A stretch of 42,887 bases of DNA from Candidatus Krumholzibacteriales bacterium (GTDB lineage Bacteria > Krumholzibacteriota > Krumholzibacteriia > Krumholzibacteriales > WJIX01): contig JAWODM010000025.1 in NCBI GenBank assembly GCA_046483305.1, positions 1 to 42,887 of the forward strand, written 5' to 3'. The translations under genes were made by a program, and so were the position numbers. Within the stretch, counting starts at the first letter, position 1. Each line of letters opens with the position of its first letter. Below are positions 1 to 9,195 of the stretch, piece by piece. The notes under the pieces are model-generated. The model ran no database searches. It saw nothing but the letters and a program-made list of their open reading frames with translations, and was not told where the DNA came from.

Positions 1-610
1 GATCTCAGCGTCCGGGGTTCCTTCAAAGACTGTTGCTGTTACACAGAATCCTACATCTCCGGAGCTCTGTGTAAGCTCAAGCAGTTGGGCGGCACCGTCT
101 GGAGGAGGAACGAGCTCGCAGTTTAATGTTACCAACTGCGGCAACAGCAGCGTGCTTACCTTTAGTGTTTCGGAAAGCTGTGACTGGCTCACGCGATCGG
201 TTCCGGATGCTACTACTCCTGGCAACTTTACGCTCACGACTACAGCCAACAACACCGGCTCGTCTCGATCCTGCACGGTGACGATCTCAGCTTCCGGGGT
301 TCCTTCAAAGATTGTTAATGTTACACAGGGTTCTACATCACCGGAGCTTTGCGTATCCTCAAGCAGTTGGTCGGCACCGTCTGGAGGTAGTACGAGTTCA
401 CCGATTAGCGTGACGAATTGTGGAAACAGCAGCAACTTATCATGGGATGCTTATGAAGGCTATTCCTGGATGTCGTTATCTCGTACGAGTGGTAGCACCC
501 CTGGTAGTTTTACGATTACGACCACAGCTAATAATACGGGGTCGACTCGAACGGGTACGATAACAGTTTCATCCTCCGGTCTGTCATCTAGGACTATAAC
601 CGTCTCACAG
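1..610 (+). repeat. Intragenic tandem repeat, period 282 nt (94 aa)
   Basis: gatctcagc.tccggggttccttcaaaga occurs at 1 and 283, and agcagttgg.cggcaccgtctggagg recurs at the same offset; the last unit is more diverged. Confidence 0.85.
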
Positions 611-1153
611 TCTTCTTATGAGTCCTATGCCTTCGTCTGCACCCGTAGGGGGTATGCTATGAGCACAGGTTGGGAGTTGGAAGCTGCCAATATAGAAGTT
701 GGCTATGAGGACAATCCCTATCCCGTTAACGATATCATTAATCGTGGTTTTGTATGGTGGAACATTCCTTCTTATATACGAAACGGAACAATCGTCGAAG
801 CTTATATAACAGTCGACGTGCAAGACATATCAATTTGGAACGATTTGCTTGCCTTTGTTACTCTAGAACATCTTGGGACACTATCTTGGCAAGATTACTA
901 TTCATTGGGTGATTTTGGTACGGGTTGGGATGAAGGTCACTACGATGCACTCATTGGTTTAAGCATTGACTCTGAAAGTAGGGCTGAAACGCTTAGGTTC
1001 ACGATCCCCTCATATTCGTTTGATCTGCTTGAGCAATACGAAGTAGGGTTCTCTTTTAGGGCGGTTCCTGAAGACCCATCGGGTAGTTTTGGTAACGATA
1101 CAAACAGAATAATTCTTAATAATCCTCTCCTACATGTCAAATGCCATTATTAA
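1..1153 (+). CDS. 5'-truncated extracellular protein with tandem ~94-aa BACON-like Ig-fold repeats and a C-terminal DNRLRE-like domain
   Basis: Frame is open from base 2 (ISASGVPSKTVAVTQ...), so the gene starts before the window. Repeats of the form W..L/S.RS...TPG.FT.TTTANNTGS.R..T.T.S.SG..S...V.Q match the BACON pattern. C-terminal RGFVWWNIPS..GTIVEAYITV...PLLHVKCHY resembles DNRLRE domains. Confidence 0.75.
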   Translation, partial: ISASGVPSKTVAVTQNPTSPELCVSSSSWAAPSGGGTSSQFNVTNCGNSSVLTFSVSESCDWLTRSVPDATTPGNFTLTTTANNTGSSRSCTVTISASGVPSKIVNVTQGSTSPELCVSSSSWSAPSGGSTSSPISVTNCGNSSNLSWDAYEGYSWMSLSRTSGSTPGSFTITTTANNTGSTRTGTITVSSSGLSSRTITVSQSSYESYAFVCTRRGYAMSTGWELEAANIEVGYEDNPYPVNDIINRGFVWWNIPSYIRNGTIVEAYITVDVQDISIWNDLLAFVTLEHLGTLSWQDYYSLGDFGTGWDEGHYDALIGLSIDSESRAETLRFTIPSYSFDLLEQYEVGFSFRAVPEDPSGSFGNDTNRIILNNPLLHVKCHY

Positions 1154-1254
1154 AGCGGTATGTCATTGTTGTGATATACGAGAGTATGGGACAGCGAATG
1201 GTTCAATCCCCTGCCCTAATTGCACACTTTGTCTAAAGTGAGAGATTCTCGTGC

Positions 1255-1283
1255 TTGACAGCCTTGTTAAGCATAGGTAGTAT
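1255..1283 (+). promoter_or_regulatory. Sigma70-type promoter upstream of the recombinase-fragment ORF
   Basis: TTGACA (1255-1260), 17 nt, TAGTAT (1278-1283). Confidence 0.65.
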
Positions 1284-1301
1284 GACCCTGTAGAGAGATT
1301 T

Positions 1302-1329
1302 TTTTCACCTTTAAAAGCAAATGTGAAAA
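1302..1329. repeat. 11-6-11 inverted repeat; candidate tyrosine-recombinase core site or operator overlapping the start codon
   Basis: TTTTCACCTTT-AAAAGC-AAATGTGAAAA; the arms match 10/11 as reverse complements. Confidence 0.55.
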
Positions 1330-2249
1330 TGACCCGCAAATCACAACTTAAAAACTCAGAATATCACCTCTCTCCTTCTGAAATAAAGAAGGTTATTTAT
1401 GCTGCTAATTCATTCCGAGACCGGTGCTTAATAAAAACTTTGGCTCAGACAGGTATGCGCCGGGCTGAGGTTGCCAACCTCGATATCCGAGATGTCGATG
1501 ATTACGGCACCTTTCGCGAACCGGATATTACAAACTGTTCAATAACAAACTGCACCGCCGATTACGGGGGTGGTATCTCCAGCAATTTCAGCGATCTGTT
1601 AATTTCAAACTGCGTTGTCAGCGGTAATACGGCCAGGCAGACCGGTGGGGGAATATACTTTGATTCTTCCAATTCGCGGCTGACCGACTGTATTATTTCA
1701 GGTAACAGCGCACAATACAGCGGAGGGGGGGGTGCTACCTACGCCTATTCAGAACACGACAGCGCCCCCGAGATCAAAAACTGCCTGATCAGGGGAAACA
1801 CTGCTTCCTCTGACGGAGGGGGTATCTATAATCATGAGAATAACCCCGATATAATTCTTTGCACGGTAACGGGTAATATTGCCTCAAACCACGGTGGAAG
1901 CATTTTCAACCGAAACAGCTTTCCTGTGATCACCAACGTTATATCATGGGGAAATGACGCTTCCAGCGGACCGGAGATATACGATTATCTGGGTGCGATT
2001 CCCGTTGTAACCTACTCAGATGTCCAGGGAGGTTATACAGGTACGGGCAACATCAACCAGGACCCGCTGTGGGTCGCCGGCCCTGGCGGCAACTATTACC
2101 TCAGCCAGATCGCCGGCGGGCAGGCCAGCGACAGCCCCTGCCTGAACTCGGGAAGCACCACCGCGGAAGCGCTCGGTATGGTCGATTACACCACCAGAAC
2201 TGACGGGGGGCCCGATACGGGGATAGTCGATATCGGTTATCATTATTAA
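1323..2249 (+). CDS. Chimeric ORF: N-terminal ~59 aa of a tyrosine recombinase catalytic domain fused to a right-handed beta-helix (GGG[I/A]..N repeat) domain; possibly a deletion remnant. Start is GTG 1323 or ATG 1329.
   Basis: HLSPSEIKKVI..A...RDRCLIKTLAQTGMRRAEVANLDIRDVD is integrase box I; no HxxR or catalytic Tyr follows. It continues into NCxIxGNxA..GGGIY repeats and ends YYLSQIAGGQ..DSPC...TTRTDG.PD.GIVDIGYHY. Confidence 0.75.
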   Translation: MKMTRKSQLKNSEYHLSPSEIKKVIYAANSFRDRCLIKTLAQTGMRRAEVANLDIRDVDDYGTFREPDITNCSITNCTADYGGGISSNFSDLLISNCVVSGNTARQTGGGIYFDSSNSRLTDCIISGNSAQYSGGGGATYAYSEHDSAPEIKNCLIRGNTASSDGGGIYNHENNPDIILCTVTGNIASNHGGSIFNRNSFPVITNVISWGNDASSGPEIYDYLGAIPVVTYSDVQGGYTGTGNINQDPLWVAGPGGNYYLSQIAGGQASDSPCLNSGSTTAEALGMVDYTTRTDGGPDTGIVDIGYHY

Positions 2250-2392
2250 TCGTCCGGCAAGTGTAATTTACCTTTTAATATTTTCATTCGTTCTGATATT
2301 ATCATTCAGGCCGCCGGTACATAAATCGGACCGGCGGCGTTCATGAAATTCAGCCCGGATTCTGGCGATTATAACAACTGAGAGAAAGAGGG

Positions 2393-3904
2393 ATGGATAT
2401 GGAAGAGAAAACTCCCCGGCTGGGATTTATTAAATCGTTCCCCAGGACCTTCTGGCTCGCCAATGTGATGGAGCTGTTCGAAAGGGGCGCCTACTACGGC
2501 CTTAACGCCCTTCTCGCCCGTTACCTCACTGACAAGGTGGGAGGCGGGCTGGGTTTTGCCGAAGACAGGGTTGGGCTGCTTCAGGGGGTTGTCTACGCCG
2601 TAACCTACGTGGTTCCAATACTGGGAGGAGCGCTGGCCGACCGGTACGGGTACCGGAGAATGCTCCTGGCCGCATTTTCGCTTCTATCGGCCGGGTATTT
2701 TATATCCGGAGAAGTAACCAGTTACGGGGTGATATTTATCACCCTGCTCCTGATGGCCACAGGGAGCGGCCTGTTCAAGCCGATAGTCTCCGGCACCATC
2801 GCCAGGACCACCGACGAAGAGACTTCCAGTTTCGGATTCGGGCTTTACTACTGGATGATAAACCTGGGGGCCCTGGTGGCCCCCCTGGTAGCCGGATGGC
2901 TGAGAGGATTTTCCTGGAGATACGTATTTATCGCCAGCGGCATCTACTGCGCCCTTATGATACTGCCGACTATCTTCCTTTACCGCGACCCCCCCAAACC
3001 AAAGAGTACCAAAAAGCTGAAGGAGGTTCTTTCAGGGGCGCTCACCGTGCTTTCCGATGCCCGTTTCATGCTCCTGATATTTGTCTATTCATGTTTCTGG
3101 ATAATCTATTTCCAGAACTTCGGCACGGTGCTGTGGTATCTCAGGGATTTCATAGACCCTGCCCCGGTTAACAATTTCTTCGCCAGGATAGGAATTGAGG
3201 GTTTCAGGTTCGACGCGGAACATGTCACAGTTATCAACGCGGGCACCATAGTCCTTCTTCAGATATTCGTGAATATAATAGTGAAAAGATTCAAGGCGCT
3301 TCCTACCATGGTGGTGGGGATACTTATCGGCTCCATGGGATTTCTCTGCCTTGCCCTTTCCCAGTATGCCTGGATCTTTATTCTGGGGATGGCGATTTTC
3401 TCGATCGGGGAGATGACCTGCCACCCGAAGTACTACAGCTATATAGGGCTGGTCGCCCCGGAGGACAAGAAAGCGGTATACATGGGGTATGCCTTTCTTT
3501 ACGGCGTCATAGGTTCCCTGGTTGGATCTAATGTGGGAGGAGAGATGTACAAGGCGTTTCTCAATCCCCTGGTCGGGCAGGCCGGTGTGGGAGGCACTCT
3601 CAGGAACTTCTGGCTGGTTTTCTCCCTTCTGGGGGTAGTTACCATGTTCGGGCTGATGGTTTACAACCGGGTATTCGGCGAAGACACTCCCGCGACACGG
3701 CTCAGGGCCAGAAAGGTTATGTATTTCATCTACATATTACTGATTATATGTTCGATAGCCATTCTGATTCTGGTCACTGAAGTGACGCCCAAGACCTGGA
3801 TTCAGGCCGGGATAATGTTCTTCGTCGGACTGGGCGGACTCTATACCATGATCAAGAGCCGTTCAATGCCGGGCGGTGATGAACCCGCAAATGAATTAGA
3901 ATAA
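2393..3904 (+). CDS. MFS transporter, POT/peptide transporter-like
   Basis: ExxER-like MELFERGAYYG, GGALADRYGYRR MFS motif A, GSGLFKP, YYWMINLGA; many TM helices. Confidence 0.88.
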   Translation: MDMEEKTPRLGFIKSFPRTFWLANVMELFERGAYYGLNALLARYLTDKVGGGLGFAEDRVGLLQGVVYAVTYVVPILGGALADRYGYRRMLLAAFSLLSAGYFISGEVTSYGVIFITLLLMATGSGLFKPIVSGTIARTTDEETSSFGFGLYYWMINLGALVAPLVAGWLRGFSWRYVFIASGIYCALMILPTIFLYRDPPKPKSTKKLKEVLSGALTVLSDARFMLLIFVYSCFWIIYFQNFGTVLWYLRDFIDPAPVNNFFARIGIEGFRFDAEHVTVINAGTIVLLQIFVNIIVKRFKALPTMVVGILIGSMGFLCLALSQYAWIFILGMAIFSIGEMTCHPKYYSYIGLVAPEDKKAVYMGYAFLYGVIGSLVGSNVGGEMYKAFLNPLVGQAGVGGTLRNFWLVFSLLGVVTMFGLMVYNRVFGEDTPATRLRARKVMYFIYILLIICSIAILILVTEVTPKTWIQAGIMFFVGLGGLYTMIKSRSMPGGDEPANELE

Positions 3905-3969
3905 AATATTCTGTATGGTTTTTCATAATTATTGTTTCGGGATGATAGAGACATAAAGGAGGGATTGAT

Positions 3970-4860
3970 ATGGAAAGTTTCCTGGAATCGCTCAAGGAAT
4001 TCGCCCTCAGCAACGGTATAAGGATCGTCGGCATTGTCATTATTTCCTTTATAATGATCAGGATTTTCCGGATGTTAATCGGCAGGTCGAAATCGAGATA
4101 CACGGCGCGCAGGGAAGACACCGTGGAAGCCCTGAAGAGGGCCGAGACCCTTTCTGGACTGATAGAGACCACCCTCAGGGTGGCCGTTCTGATAGCCGCC
4201 ATTCTGATGGTGATTAAGGAGTTTGGCATCGATATAACACCTTTCCTGGCAGGCGCCGGTATCGTGGGACTGGCTGTGGGCTTCGGCGCCCAGAGCCTGG
4301 TAAAGGATATCATCAGCGGATTCTTCATGCTCCTGGAAAACCATCTGAATGTGGGGGATGTGGTGGAGATAGCCGGCAAGGCCGGACTGGTGGAATCGAT
4401 GAATCTCAGGATCACGGTGATAAGGGATTTTGAGGGGAAGGTTCATATAGTCCCCAACGGAGAGATTGCGGTGGTTACCAACTTCACCAAGGAGTACTCA
4501 CGTGCTTTGATCGAGATAGGGGTGGCTTACAAGGAGGATGTGGACAGGGTGATTGAGGTCCTCAAGGAGGTTGGCGAAGATATCCGCCAGGACGAAGTGT
4601 TCGGCCCCAAGATCCTGGAGCCGATGGAGGTAATAGGCCTGGACAGCTTCGGCTCCTCCTCTGTGAATATCAAGGTCAGGTTCAAGACCAAACCGATAGA
4701 GCAGTGGAATACCGCCAGGGAATACCGCAGGCGGGTAAAGAGGAGATTTGACCAGGAAGGCATCGAGATACCGTTCCCGCATATTACACTCTACGTGGGA
4801 GAGGGAGAGAACGAGGGGGTTCTGAAAGTGGACTCGAATGCGGGAGCTGTCCCGGAGTAA
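3970..4860 (+). CDS. Small-conductance mechanosensitive channel (MscS family)
   Basis: GIVGLAVGFGAQSLVKDIISG, GDVVEI..GLVESMNLR, VPNG, GIEIPFP. Confidence 0.95.
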   Translation: MESFLESLKEFALSNGIRIVGIVIISFIMIRIFRMLIGRSKSRYTARREDTVEALKRAETLSGLIETTLRVAVLIAAILMVIKEFGIDITPFLAGAGIVGLAVGFGAQSLVKDIISGFFMLLENHLNVGDVVEIAGKAGLVESMNLRITVIRDFEGKVHIVPNGEIAVVTNFTKEYSRALIEIGVAYKEDVDRVIEVLKEVGEDIRQDEVFGPKILEPMEVIGLDSFGSSSVNIKVRFKTKPIEQWNTAREYRRRVKRRFDQEGIEIPFPHITLYVGEGENEGVLKVDSNAGAVPE

Positions 4861-5113
4861 CCGTTCCTATTATTTAAACCGTAGAGACCCGTTTTTATGG
4901 AGAATCAATAAAGTGCAGGTCTTTGCATCGTTTCTCTGAACAGATCTGAGAATCTGATTAAACAAATCGGTAGAAAAATGAAATTTTCTCTCGACTTTCA
5001 GAAGATAATTATTATTGTAAACTGTGAGAGGAACTGATTCGTTCCCCTTTTTTGTCCGTAATCAAGGAATCTATAGTATCTGAACGTTTTTACTTAAAGG
5101 ACTGGTGATATTA

Positions 5114-8100
5114 ATGAGCAGGAAAGTAGTTACCATTGATGGAAATGAAGCTACTACGCACTCTGCGCACAAGGTCAACGAAGTGATCGCGATCTACCCG
5201 ATTACTCCCTCATCCCCGATGGGAGAGCTGGCCGACAAGTGGTCGACCGAAGGGAGAAAGAATCTCTGGGGGACGGTGCCGGACGTGGTGGAGATGCAGA
5301 GCGAGGGGGGAGCGTCGGGAGCGGTACACGGATCCGCTCAGCGGGGGGCCCTGACCACCACTTTTACCGCATCGCAGGGACTTCTGCTGATGATGCCGAA
5401 TATGTTCAAGATAGCCGGAGAGCTGACTCCGGCCCTGCTCAACGTGTCAGCGAGAACGGTCGCCACACACGCTCTTTCCATATTCGGCGACCACAGCGAC
5501 GTGATGGCGGTCCGTTCGACCGGATTCGCCCTTCTCGCTTCCAACTCGGTCCAGGAAGCGATGCACATGACCCTTATAGCCCAGGCGGCCTCTCTGGAGT
5601 CGAGGGTGCCTTTCCTGCATTTCTTCGAAGGGTTCAGAACATCGCACGAGATAAACAAGGTGGAGCTTCTGAGCGACGAAGATTTCAGGGCAATGATTGA
5701 TGACGGGCTGGTAAGAAAGCACCGGGAGAGGGCTCTGTCTCCTGACAATCCCTTTATCAGGGGTACCGCCCAGAACCCGGATACCTTCTTCCAGGCCCGG
5801 GAGACCGTGAATCCCTACTATGATGCCTGCCCGGAAATAGTCATCAGGATAATGGAGAAGTTCGAAGAGGTAGTGGGCAAGAAATACGAAATATTCCAGT
5901 ACTACGGAGACCCGGAAGCGGATAGGGTAATTGCCATTATCGGTTCCGGCGCGGAGACGGTTCAGGAGACCGTGGATTACCTGAGAGATAAGGGCGAGAA
6001 GGTGGGGCTTCTTAAGGTCCGACTTTACAGGCCGTTCTCAGGAGTTCACTTTGTCAATGCCCTTCCGCCCACGGCGAAGATCATCTCCGCTCTGGACAGG
6101 ACCAAGGAACCGGGAGCTCTGGGAGAGCCCCTGTATGAAGATGTGGTAACCGCTCTTCACGAAGAAGAGAACGGAGCTGCGGAGCGTTTCGAGTCGATTC
6201 CCAGGGTTACCGGCGGAAGGTACGGCCTCTCCTCCAAGGAGTTTACGCCCGGTATGGTAATGGGTGTATTCGAGGAGATGAAGAAGGATAAGCCCAAGAA
6301 CCATTACACTATCGGAATCGAAGAGGATGTCACAAACAGCAGCCTGGATTACGACGATGATTTCGTGATCGAACACGAGGGCCTGACCAGGGCGGTTTTC
6401 TACGGCCTCGGTTCCGACGGAACGGTGGGAGCCAACAAGAACTCGATCAAGATCATCGGAGAGGGTACCGATAATTACGCTCAGGGTTATTTCGTTTACG
6501 ATTCCCGGAAGGCCGGCTCTCTTACCGTCTCTCACCTGAGATTCGGGCCGGATCCCATCCATTCGCCCTATCTGGTCAAGAAGGCGGATTTCGTGGGATG
6601 CCACCAGTTCGCCTTCATGGAACGGATCGACGTTCTCAAGAGCGCCAAGGAGGGAGCGGTATTCCTTCTGAACAGCCCCCACCCGGCGGATGAGACCTGG
6701 GACATGCTTCCCAGGGAGGTACAGCAGACAATTATAGACAAGAAACTGGAGTTCTATGTGATAGACGCCTACAGTATCGCCAAGGATATCGGGCTGGGAC
6801 CCAGGATCAATACCATAATGCAGACCTGCTTCTTCGAGCTGAGCGAGGTGATCCCTCCGGAGGAAGCGTACGACCTGATAAAGAAATTCATCAAGAAAAC
6901 CTACGGCAGCAAGGGAGAGAAAATCGTCAGTATGAACTTCGCCGCCGTGGACAAGGCGCCAGAGAATCTCCACCGGATAGAGGTCCCGGAGAAGGCCACC
7001 AGCGACAGGGAAATGGTACCGCCGGTGCCGGATGAAGCGCCGGAATACGTGAAGGAAGTCATCGGAAAGATGATCGCCAAGGAAGGAGACTACCTTCCTA
7101 CCAGCGCGTTCGCCGAAGACGGCTCGTTCCCCAGCGGAACCACCAAATGGGAGAAGCGGAATATCGCGCTGGAGATACCGGTGTGGGACCCTGATACCTG
7201 CGTTCAGTGCGGCAGATGCGTACTGCTCTGCCCCCACGCGACTATCAGGTCCAAGGTCTACGACCCCGGGTTACTTTCGGACGCTCCCGAGGGTTTCAAG
7301 TCGGCCGATGCAAAGGCCAAGGAGTTCAAGGGGATGAAGTACACGCTTCAGATTGCCCCGGAAGACTGTACCGGATGCGGGGTCTGCGTGAGGTACTGCC
7401 CCGCCAGGAACAAGGAGGAAGAGGGCAGGAAAGCAATCAATATGGAGATGCAGCCCCCCATCAGGGAAAAGGAGAAGAAGAACTGGGAATTCTTCCTGGA
7501 TATACCCTATATGGACAGGGGTGAGGTCAATCAGAAGAACACCAGGGGAGTTCAGTTCCTGGAACCTCTGTTCGAGTTCTCCGGAGCCTGCGCCGGCTGC
7601 GGAGAGACCCCCTATGTGAAGCTGCTTACCCAGCTGTTCGGAGACCGGGCCCTGATAGGGAACGCAACCGGATGCAGTTCCATATATGGAGGCAACCTCC
7701 CGGCAACCCCCTACACCACCAACAGCGATGGAAGGGGCGTTACCTGGAGCAACTCCCTCTTCGAGGACAATGCCGAATTCGGATTCGGATTCCGTCTGGC
7801 TCTGGACAAGCAGCGTACCTACGCGCTGGAGCTGGTGGACCGGCTCTCCGACGAGATCGGAAAGGATCTGGCAGGCAGGATTAAAAACTGCGACCAGTCC
7901 GGCGAGAGCGGGATCTTCGAGCAGCGAGAGAATATCAGGGAACTCAAGAAAAAGCTCGGCGGTATGGATTCTTCCGAGGCGAAGGACCTGCTGGGGCTGG
8001 CCGATGTGCTGGCTGAGAAGTCAGTCTGGATCCTCGGCGGAGACGGCTGGGCTTACGATATCGGTTACGGAGGCCTGGACCACGTGATAGCGCAGCAGAG

Positions 8101-8695
8101 GGACGTCAACATACTGGTTCTGGATACCGAGACCTACTCGAATACCGGAGGCCAGATGTCAAAGGCAACCCCGATGGGCGCGATAGCGAAGTTCGCCGCG
8201 GGTGGAAAGAGGACTCCCAAGAAGGACCTGGCGATGATGTCGATGGTGTACGGCAATGTATACGTGGCCAGGATCGCCATTGGAGCAAACGAATCACAGG
8301 CCATAAAAGCGTTCAGAGAAGCGGAGAGCTATGACGGGCCTTCGCTGATTATAGCTTACTCGCACTGTATCGGACAGGGCTTCAACCTGATTAACGGCCC
8401 CGATCAGCAGAAGCTGGCAGTCAAATCGGGCGCCTGGCCTCTTCTCAGGTACGACCCCAGGCTGGCGGAAAAGGGAGAGAATCCTCTCCAGCTCGATTCC
8501 AAGGAGCCAAGCATACCCCTGGAAGAGTACATCTACAATGAGAACAGGTACAGGTCGCTGAAGAAGGCCAGCCCCGAAGTGGCCCAGAAACTCCTCAAAC
8601 TGGCTCAGGAAGATGTCAACCGCCGCTGGAAACTTTACAGCAACTGGGCTTCCATGAGCATGGATGAGAAGGAAGAAGCAGTTCAGGGTGAGTAA
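5114..8695 (+). CDS. nifJ: Pyruvate:ferredoxin (flavodoxin) oxidoreductase, single-chain (alternative GTG start 5105)
   Basis: YPITPSS, EMQSEGGA, GLGSDGTVGANKN, two CxxCxxCxxxCP motifs, FSGACAGCGETPY, TPP-binding GDGWAYDIG. Confidence 0.97.
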   Translation: MSRKVVTIDGNEATTHSAHKVNEVIAIYPITPSSPMGELADKWSTEGRKNLWGTVPDVVEMQSEGGASGAVHGSAQRGALTTTFTASQGLLLMMPNMFKIAGELTPALLNVSARTVATHALSIFGDHSDVMAVRSTGFALLASNSVQEAMHMTLIAQAASLESRVPFLHFFEGFRTSHEINKVELLSDEDFRAMIDDGLVRKHRERALSPDNPFIRGTAQNPDTFFQARETVNPYYDACPEIVIRIMEKFEEVVGKKYEIFQYYGDPEADRVIAIIGSGAETVQETVDYLRDKGEKVGLLKVRLYRPFSGVHFVNALPPTAKIISALDRTKEPGALGEPLYEDVVTALHEEENGAAERFESIPRVTGGRYGLSSKEFTPGMVMGVFEEMKKDKPKNHYTIGIEEDVTNSSLDYDDDFVIEHEGLTRAVFYGLGSDGTVGANKNSIKIIGEGTDNYAQGYFVYDSRKAGSLTVSHLRFGPDPIHSPYLVKKADFVGCHQFAFMERIDVLKSAKEGAVFLLNSPHPADETWDMLPREVQQTIIDKKLEFYVIDAYSIAKDIGLGPRINTIMQTCFFELSEVIPPEEAYDLIKKFIKKTYGSKGEKIVSMNFAAVDKAPENLHRIEVPEKATSDREMVPPVPDEAPEYVKEVIGKMIAKEGDYLPTSAFAEDGSFPSGTTKWEKRNIALEIPVWDPDTCVQCGRCVLLCPHATIRSKVYDPGLLSDAPEGFKSADAKAKEFKGMKYTLQIAPEDCTGCGVCVRYCPARNKEEEGRKAINMEMQPPIREKEKKNWEFFLDIPYMDRGEVNQKNTRGVQFLEPLFEFSGACAGCGETPYVKLLTQLFGDRALIGNATGCSSIYGGNLPATPYTTNSDGRGVTWSNSLFEDNAEFGFGFRLALDKQRTYALELVDRLSDEIGKDLAGRIKNCDQSGESGIFEQRENIRELKKKLGGMDSSEAKDLLGLADVLAEKSVWILGGDGWAYDIGYGGLDHVIAQQRDVNILVLDTETYSNTGGQMSKATPMGAIAKFAAGGKRTPKKDLAMMSMVYGNVYVARIAIGANESQAIKAFREAESYDGPSLIIAYSHCIGQGFNLINGPDQQKLAVKSGAWPLLRYDPRLAEKGENPLQLDSKEPSIPLEEYIYNENRYRSLKKASPEVAQKLLKLAQEDVNRRWKLYSNWASMSMDEKEEAVQGE

Positions 8696-8723
8696 TCATG
8701 GTCGAATAGATTGATGGAGTGAT

Positions 8724-8761
8724 AAGGGGAGGCGCGGGAAGCGCCTCCCCTTTATTTTATT
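8724..8761 (+). terminator. Intrinsic terminator after nifJ
   Basis: AAGGGGAGGCGC-gggaa-GCGCCTCCCCTT followed by TATTTTATT. Confidence 0.85.
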
Positions 8762-8780
8762 AAGCGGAAGGTGATGAATA

Positions 8781-9194
8781 TTGGCTGATTCGCCGGTCAG
8801 AAAGATTCTTCTCGCCTCTGCGGGCATACTTTCCGTGGGACTGGGTACCGTGGGCATCTTTCTTCCCCTTCTTCCCACCACTCCGTTTCTTCTGCTGGCA
8901 GCCGCCTGTTTCATCCGGAGCTCAGACAGGTTGTACGACTGGCTGATGAATCACCGGTGGTTCGGCCCCCACATCAGAAATTACCGGGAGCAGAGCGCCG
9001 TGACAGGAACAGCCAAGGCAGTTACCCTTGTAATCCTATGGATTACTCTCTGCTGCTCTGCAATATGGGCGGTGAGCTCTATTTACATCCGGATATTTCT
9101 TCTGATCGTGGGGATATCGGTAACTGTACATGTGCTGAGACTTAATACCGTACCGCGGAAAACGGTATCTGAAACTTCCGAGAAAGAAGAGTAA
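8781..9194 (+). CDS. YbaN/DUF454 family inner membrane protein
   Basis: GIFLPLLPTTPFLLLAAACF.RSS.RL..WL..H.WFG signature. Confidence 0.92.
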   Translation: MADSPVRKILLASAGILSVGLGTVGIFLPLLPTTPFLLLAAACFIRSSDRLYDWLMNHRWFGPHIRNYREQSAVTGTAKAVTLVILWITLCCSAIWAVSSIYIRIFLLIVGISVTVHVLRLNTVPRKTVSETSEKEE

Positions 9195-9195
9195 T

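Noticed and set aside
1186..1218. GGTTCAATCCC as a possible tRNA 3' remnant (att site) near the recombinase
   Set aside because: The flanks do not form a T-stem, there is no CCA end, and it does not match either tRNA in the window.
2310..2338. 9-bp hairpin GCCGCCGGT/ACCGGCGGC upstream of the MFS gene
   Set aside because: A single hairpin with no U tract or recognisable aptamer; function cannot be supported.
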